Source: a virus (taxonomy: Duplodnaviria > Caudoviricetes). From it: a stretch of DNA of 27,858 nt. Numbering within the stretch: position 1 is the stretch's first letter; each line of letters opens with the position of its first letter. Positions 1-7,612 of the stretch are shown here, one piece after another. The notes beneath the pieces are model-generated. The model saw only the letters and a list, made by a program, of their open reading frames with translations, searched no databases and was not told the origin of the DNA. A program made the translations under genes and the position numbers. The stretch is taken from positions 1 to 27,858 of the IMG/VR virus record IMGVR_UViG_3300033485_000261, one strand, 5' to 3'.

Positions 1-21
1 CGTTTGCCTGGGAGGCGTCAT

Positions 22-2697
22 GTGACTGTCAGCACGAATCTCTACGAGGCATTGGATTACCTCGCGACTCTCCGCGAGGCTGGCCGAGTTCTGAGCAGCA
101 CGAACCTGGAGTTGGTCCAGAAGATCGGGAAGCTCGCTGCGGCAGCCTCGCACCACCCGGCAAGCTCGGAGATCCAGCAGATCGTGGCAGAGCTTGTGAG
201 TCGCGCCGCCAGAGAGATGGAAGAGGCGGAGATCCAGGAGGCGCCCCCTTGGAAGGTTGTCCCGAAAGGGGGCGAGTTCTGCGTCGTCAAGTCGGAGGAC
301 GGGTCGGAGGTGAAGTGCTTCCCGACCGAGGAAGAGGCGCAGGCGCAGATGAAAGCCCTCTACGCCAACGTCAAGGAGGGTCTGGAAGAGGCCCCGCCCA
401 ACAAGTGCAGGCGTTGCGGTGCTGGGATTCTTCCGGCGGACAAGGTCTGCCCCAAGTGTGGCTGGAAAGAAGGCGACCCGGTCAAGGAGGAAGAGAAGTC
501 CGACGCCGGGCTGGTCGCCAAGCCGAAGAAGAAGGTGACGGAAGGCGTTCTCTTCAGCGAGACACATGGGCGGATCCGCGAAGCGTCCAAGGCCAAGGAA
601 GGGAAGGTCTGGGACATCGACGTGATCCGCAGCGGGAAGTCCATCGTCGGGCGGTACTGGCCACCCGAGCTTCTGTCGAGCAAGGGGTTTCTCGGCATGC
701 TCGAAGGGGCGGACGTCTTCGAGGACCACCCAGGCTACACCGACAGCGAGCAGTACCCGATCAGGCGCGTCGGTGACCACATCGGGGTGATTCGCTCTCC
801 CAAGGCCCGCCAGGATGGTGATGGTGCGGTCGTGGTCGAGGCCAGGTTCCACGTCATCGACCCGCTCTGGCGAGAGAAGCTCAAGAACGCAGCCGAGGTC
901 GGAGAGATCTCGCGCTATCAGTTCAGCATCAACGCTGACGGGGACGACTCGCAGGTAGTCGAAGCCGAAGGCGGGAAGGCACAACTTGTGAGTGCTGTCT
1001 ACGCGGTCGAGTCCGTGGACCTCGTAACTCACGCTTCTGCAGGCGGGAGAATCCGCGCCATGCGGGAATCGGATCAAACAGCGAAGGAGCGCGACATGAA
1101 CGAAGACGAACTCGCCGCGAAGATCGAGGCAGCGGTAGAGGCCGCCCTGGCGCGGACGCACACGACGGAAGCTGTGGACGCGCCGCTTGATGGTGACGAG
1201 GAGATCGAGGAGTCGGGGGTCGCCGAGGCCAACGAGGCAGACGAACTCTTCGCCAAGCTCCGGGATCTGACAGCGCGGCTCGAAGAGCGAGAGCGTGCTG
1301 CCACCAACGCCACGGTGATCGAAGAGGCGATGAAGGCCTCGGGTCTCACCGGAGTCATTCGCGAGAGCGCCCAGCGGCGCCTGCAAGAGGCCGCAACCCG
1401 TCGTTCTCTGGAGGAAGCTGACGTCACGGCGATCATGGGCGAGTACCGTGGCCTGGCAGCGGCCTACGCGCAGCGCCCGCCCGTGGGCATGGGTCGGGTC
1501 GAGGGGTTCGTCGACAGGGCGGACAACTACGAGCTTCGCTTCAGAGCGATGCTCACCCCGGCCAACCACATCAACCCCGTCAAGGACGCGGAGGGGCATG
1601 TGGTCGAGCCGTTCCACTCGCTCCGTGAGGCGTACTGCGTCTGGAATCCCAGCGCCAACCCATTCGCAGCCGAGACCGTCGAGGCGTGCATGGACGAGCT
1701 TCACGGCGCGAAGTATTCCAGCACGCGCCATCACAAGAAGATCCGCGAGTCCCTGACGACCGCTCAGTGGGGCGAGGTCGTGGCGGACAATATGTACATG
1801 TCGCTGATGAAGTCGTACAGCGACCTGCCGTACGACGACTGGCGCAAGGTGGTCAGCGAGATCGAGTCCGTGGCGGACTTCCGCACTCGCTACTTCCTGC
1901 GGATCGGCGGGTACGGCAACTTGCCTGCCGTGGCGGAAGGGGCAGCCTACCAGCCCGCGACCTCCCCGACAGACGAGCACACGACCTACTCGATCAGCAA
2001 GCGGGGCATGCTGGAGCAGTCGATCACGCTGGAGATGATCGCAGACGACCAGATCGGCGCTCTGGCGCGCATTCCAACGGCTCTGGCGCGCTCTGCGAAG
2101 CGCACCCTCTACAACTTCGTGATGGACCTCATCACGACGGACAACCCGACGCTCCACTACGACTCGGTCGTTCTGTACACGGCTGGCACCTCGCACTACA
2201 ACGCTGACACGGTCGCCCTGAGCATCCTCGGGGTGGAGACCGCCGAGCAGTTGATGGCGGACCAGACAGCGTACAACGAGTCGCTGGAGATCCTGGGCGA
2301 CCGCAACCGGCCGAAGTACATCATCGTCCCGAGGGAGTTGAAGTCGCGGGCCCTGAGGATCCTCGATCCGAGCGACGCCTTCGCCCCGAACCTCGCGGCT
2401 GTTGCGGACGCGGACATTGGACGCGACCCGCACCAGTACAAGGGGTCGGGCATGGAGGTCATCGTCTACGACAAGCTCACGAACGCGAAGGACTGGTGGA
2501 CTGTCGGGGATCCCAGCCTGGTCCCGACCGTGGTCATCGGCTTTTTCGGTGGTCGTCAGGAGCCCGAGATGTTCATGCAGGACGACCCTGCGAGTGGTCT
2601 GGGCTTCAACAACGACACGCAGGCAATCAAGATCCGCCACATCTACGGCGGGTCGGTCCTTGACCACAGGTCGTTCACGTACCACGATGTCGCATAA
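22..2697 (+). CDS. Prohead protease-scaffold-major capsid polyprotein (Mu gpT-like capsid domain), ~891 aa
   Basis: GGAGG at 11-15 with in-frame GTG at 22. Protease-like block (DHP...FSINADG...SVDLVTHASAGG), acidic coiled scaffold-like middle, and C-terminal capsid-like block (DWRKVV...V.DFR...LPAV.EG..Y...ITLEMIADD.IGAL.RIP..LARSAKRT...PKYIIVP.EL...KIRHIYG...LDHR). Confidence 0.88.
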   Translation: MTVSTNLYEALDYLATLREAGRVLSSTNLELVQKIGKLAAAASHHPASSEIQQIVAELVSRAAREMEEAEIQEAPPWKVVPKGGEFCVVKSEDGSEVKCFPTEEEAQAQMKALYANVKEGLEEAPPNKCRRCGAGILPADKVCPKCGWKEGDPVKEEEKSDAGLVAKPKKKVTEGVLFSETHGRIREASKAKEGKVWDIDVIRSGKSIVGRYWPPELLSSKGFLGMLEGADVFEDHPGYTDSEQYPIRRVGDHIGVIRSPKARQDGDGAVVVEARFHVIDPLWREKLKNAAEVGEISRYQFSINADGDDSQVVEAEGGKAQLVSAVYAVESVDLVTHASAGGRIRAMRESDQTAKERDMNEDELAAKIEAAVEAALARTHTTEAVDAPLDGDEEIEESGVAEANEADELFAKLRDLTARLEERERAATNATVIEEAMKASGLTGVIRESAQRRLQEAATRRSLEEADVTAIMGEYRGLAAAYAQRPPVGMGRVEGFVDRADNYELRFRAMLTPANHINPVKDAEGHVVEPFHSLREAYCVWNPSANPFAAETVEACMDELHGAKYSSTRHHKKIRESLTTAQWGEVVADNMYMSLMKSYSDLPYDDWRKVVSEIESVADFRTRYFLRIGGYGNLPAVAEGAAYQPATSPTDEHTTYSISKRGMLEQSITLEMIADDQIGALARIPTALARSAKRTLYNFVMDLITTDNPTLHYDSVVLYTAGTSHYNADTVALSILGVETAEQLMADQTAYNESLEILGDRNRPKYIIVPRELKSRALRILDPSDAFAPNLAAVADADIGRDPHQYKGSGMEVIVYDKLTNAKDWWTVGDPSLVPTVVIGFFGGRQEPEMFMQDDPASGLGFNNDTQAIKIRHIYGGSVLDHRSFTYHDVA
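1084..1098 (+). promoter_or_regulatory. Internal in-frame ribosome binding site and ATG (scaffold+capsid product, 533 aa)
   Basis: AAGGAG at 1084-1089, ATG at 1096 in the polyprotein frame, directly after the protease block. Confidence 0.65.
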
Positions 2698-2709
2698 GGG
2701 AGGGGCGTC

Positions 2710-3159
2710 ATGGCAGTAACTGTCGTTGGTGCCCTTGCGGGCAATCAAATCAACGAGTTCGTTCGCAGCAAGCCGGGTTACTGCATGGCGAACGTACGGA
2801 CTCGTACCCATCTCGCGGTGACAGCCACGGACTACATCGGGAACTGGATGGCTCCGCACCCCGTGAAGCTGCTGGCGTCCTACTTCGTGCCCGACGACGC
2901 GGTCGTTGGGGACAATACGGACACGACGTTCCTGAACGTGGTCGATGTCGGTATCGCGGCGGGGACCACGGAACTGTCTTCCCTGGAACTGCTCACGGGC
3001 TTCGATCTAACGGCCAACGCAAAGAACGACCTTTCGGCTGGCGTCGGATACGCGACGGAGTTGCAGGCCGGGGACGTTCTGGCTCTGCAGGCCGAGAAGT
3101 CGAACGCAGGCGTCCTGATCCCTGCTGGGAACTGGATCATCGTCTACCAGAACAACTAG
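2710..3159 (+). CDS. Probable capsid decoration/cement protein, paralog 1
   Basis: Immediately after capsid gene, strong GGAGG RBS, 149 aa beta-rich, L.AGDVL.L motif; function inferred from position. Confidence 0.65.
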   Translation: MAVTVVGALAGNQINEFVRSKPGYCMANVRTRTHLAVTATDYIGNWMAPHPVKLLASYFVPDDAVVGDNTDTTFLNVVDVGIAAGTTELSSLELLTGFDLTANAKNDLSAGVGYATELQAGDVLALQAEKSNAGVLIPAGNWIIVYQNN

Positions 3160-3168
3160 GAGGTCGTC

Positions 3169-3624
3169 ATGGCAGTAACCGTCGTTGGCGCCCTGGAAGG
3201 CGTCCAAATCAATAACTTCGAGGCGTCGGTGCCTGGCCTCCACTACGCCCAGGTCCAGACCCGTGCGAAGGCTGCCGGGTCGGAAGCCACGAAGTACCTG
3301 GCGAACTGGGTGGCCCCTTGCGATTGTCGCCTGGTCGAGTCGTACTTCATGCCGCTGGCCGCTGTCTCGGGCGCGGCGACGAACTCGACTCACCTGAACA
3401 TCGTCGATGTCGGGCTTGCGGGGGTTGGTGTGGTGGAACTCTCGACCCTGGAGCTTCTCAACACCATCAACCTGACCGCGAACGCGAAGAACGCGCTGAA
3501 CGGTGTGACGGGCTACGCCACGGACCTGTCCGCTGGCGACGTCCTGGCGCTGCAGGGCGAGCTTCTCGGGACCGGGCTGCTTGTCCCCGAGGGCACCTGG
3601 GTCATCGTGTACGACAACGTCTAG
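3169..3624 (+). CDS. Probable capsid decoration/cement protein, paralog 2
   Basis: Full-length paralog of 2710..3159 (shared MAVTVVGAL, VDVG, LELL, LTANAKN, GYAT, AGDVLALQ); GGAGG RBS. Confidence 0.65.
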   Translation: MAVTVVGALEGVQINNFEASVPGLHYAQVQTRAKAAGSEATKYLANWVAPCDCRLVESYFMPLAAVSGAATNSTHLNIVDVGLAGVGVVELSTLELLNTINLTANAKNALNGVTGYATDLSAGDVLALQGELLGTGLLVPEGTWVIVYDNV

Positions 3625-3635
3625 GAGCAAGGCGA

Positions 3636-4031
3636 ATGGCGCAACAGCAGCGACGCAGGAAGACTGTGGCCGCACCGGCCGCGAAAGCCGTGGAGACGGT
3701 TTCCACTGCTGTCGCGGAGGTCAAGGCCGAAGTCAAGCGGTCGGTGGGGCTGACGAACACCGTGTACGCGAAGGAACCGGCTACGGCCAGGTCCGTGCGC
3801 GTGCGGTGCGAGGAAGAAACCCCGGAGAACGCGAGCCACTGGTGGATTGCAGCGGGCCTCGGCGGGCAAGTAGTTCCCGCTCTGGCGATCACCTTTCGGC
3901 CACCGACCGAGGAAAAGTCGCGAACCGTCTATGTCTATGACGGTGACGGTACGGGGACGTTCAAGTTCATCAAGAACGGCGGTGACACGTCGTTCAAGCA
4001 CTTCGAGGTGCGAGGGGCGGAGGTGGAATGA
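3636..4031 (+). CDS. Hypothetical protein, 131 aa, basic low-complexity N-terminus
   Basis: AGGAG after previous stop, ATG 3636; stop overlaps next start (ATGA). ORF-track start at 3318 overlaps a real gene. Confidence 0.75.
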   Translation: MAQQQRRRKTVAAPAAKAVETVSTAVAEVKAEVKRSVGLTNTVYAKEPATARSVRVRCEEETPENASHWWIAAGLGGQVVPALAITFRPPTEEKSRTVYVYDGDGTGTFKFIKNGGDTSFKHFEVRGAEVE

Positions 4032-4300
4032 TGTGTGGACCTACGATTCCCTACACCATCGCGGCATCAGCAAACGTCGGTCCTGCGAATGGAGGCGTCC
4101 TTCGGGGCGTCTCCATCACAGGAGGCGCAGACGCGGCCAGCGTAATCATGAAGCAGAACGGGAGCAGTGGAGAGACCCTCCTGAAGCTCTGCGCTGGCAT
4201 CAACACGACCGCGCCGCACTGGCGCGGAGAACTGGTCTACTCGGGGCAGTTGTATGCCCTAATCACGGGAACGACACCGACCGTTCTAGTGGAGTTGTAG
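4028..4300 (+). CDS. Small beta-rich hypothetical protein, probably virion-associated
   Basis: GGAGG RBS, coupled start, 90 aa, fills the gap between neighbours exactly. Confidence 0.7.
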   Translation: MMCGPTIPYTIAASANVGPANGGVLRGVSITGGADAASVIMKQNGSSGETLLKLCAGINTTAPHWRGELVYSGQLYALITGTTPTVLVEL

Positions 4301-4301
4301 C

Positions 4302-5027
4302 GTGGTTGCGCCAACTGCCGATCTGGAGCTTGTGAGGCAGAGGCTGCGCGATACCGGAGCGAACTCCACATTCGGTACGGATGTCGACCCAGCCCTGGAC
4401 ACGGCTATCCAGCGGGCTGTCGAGGAGTACGGTAGCGACCGACCTCGCGAGGTCGTGGTAGATCTGACTGGAAACGCCACGTCCTTCTACGATGTCACTG
4501 CCCTGACGGGCTGGGTCAATGACGCGAGCAGGGTTCTGAGAGTGGAGTACCCTGCCTCTGCGGTCGGGGCCAACTACACGCCCGAGTTTCTCGATCCGAT
4601 TGCGGACTGGCAGATCCACAGGGACACGACGAAATACTACCTGTACTTGATCGGCATAACGCCAGCGGTAACCGAGACAATCAGGGTCTGGTTCACGGCC
4701 CAGCACACTCTCAGCACGGCGACCGACACTATCCCGACGAAGGACAAGCGGGCCGTTCTGGACCTCGCGGCCTCGTACGCCTGTCTGATGCTCGCCACAG
4801 AGGCCGCGCAGTCGGTCGACATGGATGTGCCGAGCGAGGCGACCAACTTCCGGGAGGCGTCAGACCGGCTTCTCTCGATTGCGAAGGCGTGGCGGGCGCA
4901 GTACGACGGTCACATGAGCCAGGGGCCCGAGGTGTCGACCAAGGCAGCGGTGGCGATCAGGGACTGGGACATGACGCCGAAGACGAGCCCTCCAACAGTC
5001 TGGCTAACCCATCGGGGGCGCAGGTGA
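4302..5027 (+). CDS. Probable head-tail adaptor/connector protein
   Basis: Position; helical N-terminus (VRQRLRD...LDTAIQRAVEEY), beta insertion, helical end (AVLDLAASYACLMLA...AKAWRAQYD) typical of adaptor proteins. Confidence 0.65.
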   Translation: MVAPTADLELVRQRLRDTGANSTFGTDVDPALDTAIQRAVEEYGSDRPREVVVDLTGNATSFYDVTALTGWVNDASRVLRVEYPASAVGANYTPEFLDPIADWQIHRDTTKYYLYLIGITPAVTETIRVWFTAQHTLSTATDTIPTKDKRAVLDLAASYACLMLATEAAQSVDMDVPSEATNFREASDRLLSIAKAWRAQYDGHMSQGPEVSTKAAVAIRDWDMTPKTSPPTVWLTHRGRR

Positions 5028-5503
5028 ACGTCACGGTCACCTGGAAGGAAGTCGTTCCTGTCCTCATGGGCTACCAGGCGGGTAGGCTTGAGTACAAGGT
5101 CAACCTGGCCATGCGGGAAGTGGGCGAGATGGTCCTTTCTGTCGCGAAGTCCTACGCGCCTGTGGGCGCGAGCGGGAATCTCAGGGACAGCCACGCCGTG
5201 AAGAGGATCCCCGGTGGGGTTGCGGTCGGGCCGAGCGTTCTCTACTCGACGTTCGTCCACGAGGGCAGGAATCCGGGGAAGTGGCCACCTCCGGGCGCCC
5301 TGGTCGACTGGCTGAAGTTCAAGGGAGTGGATCTCGGCGAGCCGGGCTGGAGAGGGACCGCATACTACCACGCGGAGTTCAACTTCGCTCGCAGCATCGG
5401 GCGCAAGGGAACCAAGGCCCAGCCGTGGCTGAAGAAGGCTCTGGCAGACGCCAGGCCACGGATCCCGGCAATCATAGCCCGGAGGCTGGCCGCGCATGGC
5501 TGA
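5024..5503 (+). CDS. HK97 gp10-like neck/tail-completion protein
   Basis: Motifs AKSYAPV..SGNLRDS, YSTFVHEG, GTKAQPWLKKAL; GTG overlaps previous stop (GTGA). Confidence 0.85.
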   Translation: MNVTVTWKEVVPVLMGYQAGRLEYKVNLAMREVGEMVLSVAKSYAPVGASGNLRDSHAVKRIPGGVAVGPSVLYSTFVHEGRNPGKWPPPGALVDWLKFKGVDLGEPGWRGTAYYHAEFNFARSIGRKGTKAQPWLKKALADARPRIPAIIARRLAAHG

Positions 5504-6002
5504 CACTTACGCGACGCTCACCGGGCTGCGGAACGCGATGCAGGCGTTTGCAGAGGCTGCGGTGACCGTGGGGAACGTCCTGACCCATTACGAGCCGATC
5601 CCGAAGAAGAGGGAGTGGCTGGACACGTACATGGTCGAAATCGGTGGCGAAATGGAGCTACGGGGCATGCTCATCTCCCCAAGCTCGCCGTTCCAGGATC
5701 CCAAGATCGCTGCGGTCGGGGCGGGGAACCTGAACATCGAGGACACGTACCATTTCGACCTCACGGTGTTCAGGGCAGCGGAATCGTCGGACGACACCGA
5801 GCGCCAGGCCGCACTGGAGCGCGCTTGCGACATCGTGGACGCCTTGCGGACGAACTGGAACCTCACGGCTTACAGCGTCAGCGTGTCCAGGGCAATGGCG
5901 TCTATTCAGCGGCACGGGTTCGGGATGGTAGGTGGCAGAGGGTGCTGGCTGACCGAGATCAGCGTGTCGTACGTTGTGAACCAAGACTACGCAGTGACAT
6001 GA
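5496..6002 (+). CDS. Probable tail terminator/completion protein
   Basis: 168 aa following gp10-like gene; alpha/beta pattern (helix DIVDALRTN, terminal strand EISVSY). Confidence 0.6.
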   Translation: MADTYATLTGLRNAMQAFAEAAVTVGNVLTHYEPIPKKREWLDTYMVEIGGEMELRGMLISPSSPFQDPKIAAVGAGNLNIEDTYHFDLTVFRAAESSDDTERQAALERACDIVDALRTNWNLTAYSVSVSRAMASIQRHGFGMVGGRGCWLTEISVSYVVNQDYAVT

Positions 6003-6013
6003 GGGAGGGTGAC

Positions 6014-6253
6014 ATGGTACAGGTGAAATGCGATCACGCCGGGAAGTACCCGCATTGCGCGGGATGCCCACACGCGCTGCCGCACGCGGCGATCAAGGAG
6101 ATCTCGACCATGACGCCGGGCCGGGGCCGAACATGCCGCTCGTGGGGGGCGTGCGTGCTGGTAGCGGCGACCGGGCGACGGACTGACCGGGAAGCGGTGG
6201 CGAAGGTCCGCTGCCGCAAGGTGCTGGACGTGCCGGGCGGCTGGCAGGGATAG
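6014..6253 (+). CDS. Small Cys/His-rich hypothetical protein (79 aa)
   Basis: GGAGG at 6004-6008, ATG 6014 (alternative ATG 5999); CDH..CAGCPH..PH...C..C..C. Confidence 0.65.
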   Translation: MVQVKCDHAGKYPHCAGCPHALPHAAIKEISTMTPGRGRTCRSWGACVLVAATGRRTDREAVAKVRCRKVLDVPGGWQG

Positions 6254-6262
6254 GGAGACATC

Positions 6263-6511
6263 GTGGCCCGCGAGGTCAACGTCTTTCACTCCGGTTGGCG
6301 GGCTACGGGCACCAGCGTTAGCGTGCCGCAGTATGAGTCCACCTACCGACTCGTCTGGGTGGACGATGCCGGTGTGCGGCATGAGGCGAGCAGGCTCGTG
6401 CGGTTCCCGAACGTGCTGTCGGGCATCCCGGCACGGCGGCTGCGCGAGTACGTCGATACCATTCTGCTGAACGAGGCGCGGATTCTCGCGGGGATAGACC
6501 CTGACCAATGA
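6263..6511 (+). CDS. Hypothetical protein, 82 aa
   Basis: GGGAG RBS, GTG start, stop coupled to next ATG. Confidence 0.75.
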   Translation: MAREVNVFHSGWRATGTSVSVPQYESTYRLVWVDDAGVRHEASRLVRFPNVLSGIPARRLREYVDTILLNEARILAGIDPDQ

Positions 6512-7611
6512 CGACACGATACGTGGGGGTGGGCGGCGACGACGGTAACAGCGGCCTGACGTGGGCGCTGCGGAAGCTCACGCTGAACGGGGTGGAGGAC
6601 ACGCCCGTCGTGGCGGGGGATACGGTGTACGTCGGGCCGGGGACGTACCGCGAACTGCTAACCTGCGACTGGGCTGGCTCGGCGGGGCTGCCGATAACGT
6701 ACATCGGCGATTATAGCGGCGCGAACACGGATGGCGTGGGCGGCATCGTGCGGATCACGGGCAGCGACGATGATGTCACGGCGACTCGGGCGAACGCTAT
6801 CGTGGCGGCTGCCGGTAAGCACTACCGCACGTTTCGAGGGTTTGTGCTCGATATGGGCACGTCCCACACCGTCAGCGCAACGGCTTGTACCAACTGGACT
6901 ATCGCACAATGCGTGGTGACCTGCGCCGGTTCCAATCTCGCGGCTATTTACTGCGCCGGGGCAGGGCAGGCAAGCTGGCTCATCCAGAACTGCTACGTGT
7001 GGGGTAGACAAGAAGGTATCCTTTTCACCCACACGGTTGCCGTGGACAACGCTGGGCACGTCGTTGAAAACTGCATCCTCGAGGTAGCGAGCGGGTCGAG
7101 CTACGCGGCATTGTATATCCTGAGAGTTGGCGGCGGCACCGTAAGAAACTGCCTTTTCCGCAACTGCTACAACTGCATCCGGGTCAGCACGCTCACCGCC
7201 GGGCAGATTGTGACCGTCAACAACTGCCTGTTCTATGGCGGGCCGGGTACGGCGCTGATTGCGACGACACTCGGAGAGCTTGTCGAGGACTACAACGACA
7301 TCTATGCCGTGACTGCCCGCAGCAACGTTGACACAGGCGCGAACTCGTCCAGTGCGCCGTTGTTCTTCGACGCTCGATGGTTCTTTGAAGCCGTTGCCGG
7401 GACGAAGCTCCTATCGTTCTTTGACGTTGCGAGCTACTGGGCTCTCCTGAATACGGCCGGGACGTCACCGACGACGACCGACCTACGAGGCACGTCTGTT
7501 CAGGGCGCCCAGCGGGAATGGGGGCCGTTGGAATACGATACGGCCGTACTGGCGAAGTGCGGCGCCAGCGGCGGGACCGTGAACCATCTGACCGGGAAGG
7601 TCGGAGGGTAG
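6508..7611 (+). CDS. Right-handed parallel beta-helix (pectin lyase-like) protein; putative appendage/receptor-binding protein
   Basis: N-terminal YVG..GDD.NSG.TW...T.....AGDTVYVGPGTYRE cap motif; repeated I/V-x-N-C ladder (IQNC, VENC, VRNC, VNNC) at about 24-28 aa spacing; DYND motif. Confidence 0.85.
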   Translation: MTTRYVGVGGDDGNSGLTWALRKLTLNGVEDTPVVAGDTVYVGPGTYRELLTCDWAGSAGLPITYIGDYSGANTDGVGGIVRITGSDDDVTATRANAIVAAAGKHYRTFRGFVLDMGTSHTVSATACTNWTIAQCVVTCAGSNLAAIYCAGAGQASWLIQNCYVWGRQEGILFTHTVAVDNAGHVVENCILEVASGSSYAALYILRVGGGTVRNCLFRNCYNCIRVSTLTAGQIVTVNNCLFYGGPGTALIATTLGELVEDYNDIYAVTARSNVDTGANSSSAPLFFDARWFFEAVAGTKLLSFFDVASYWALLNTAGTSPTTTDLRGTSVQGAQREWGPLEYDTAVLAKCGASGGTVNHLTGKVGG

Positions 7612-7612
7612 C

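Noticed and set aside
6900-7300. Frequent AACTGC in the beta-helix gene as a DGR template or DNA repeat
   Set aside because: Explained by the Asn-Cys ladder; no second near-identical copy or reverse transcriptase seen in the window.
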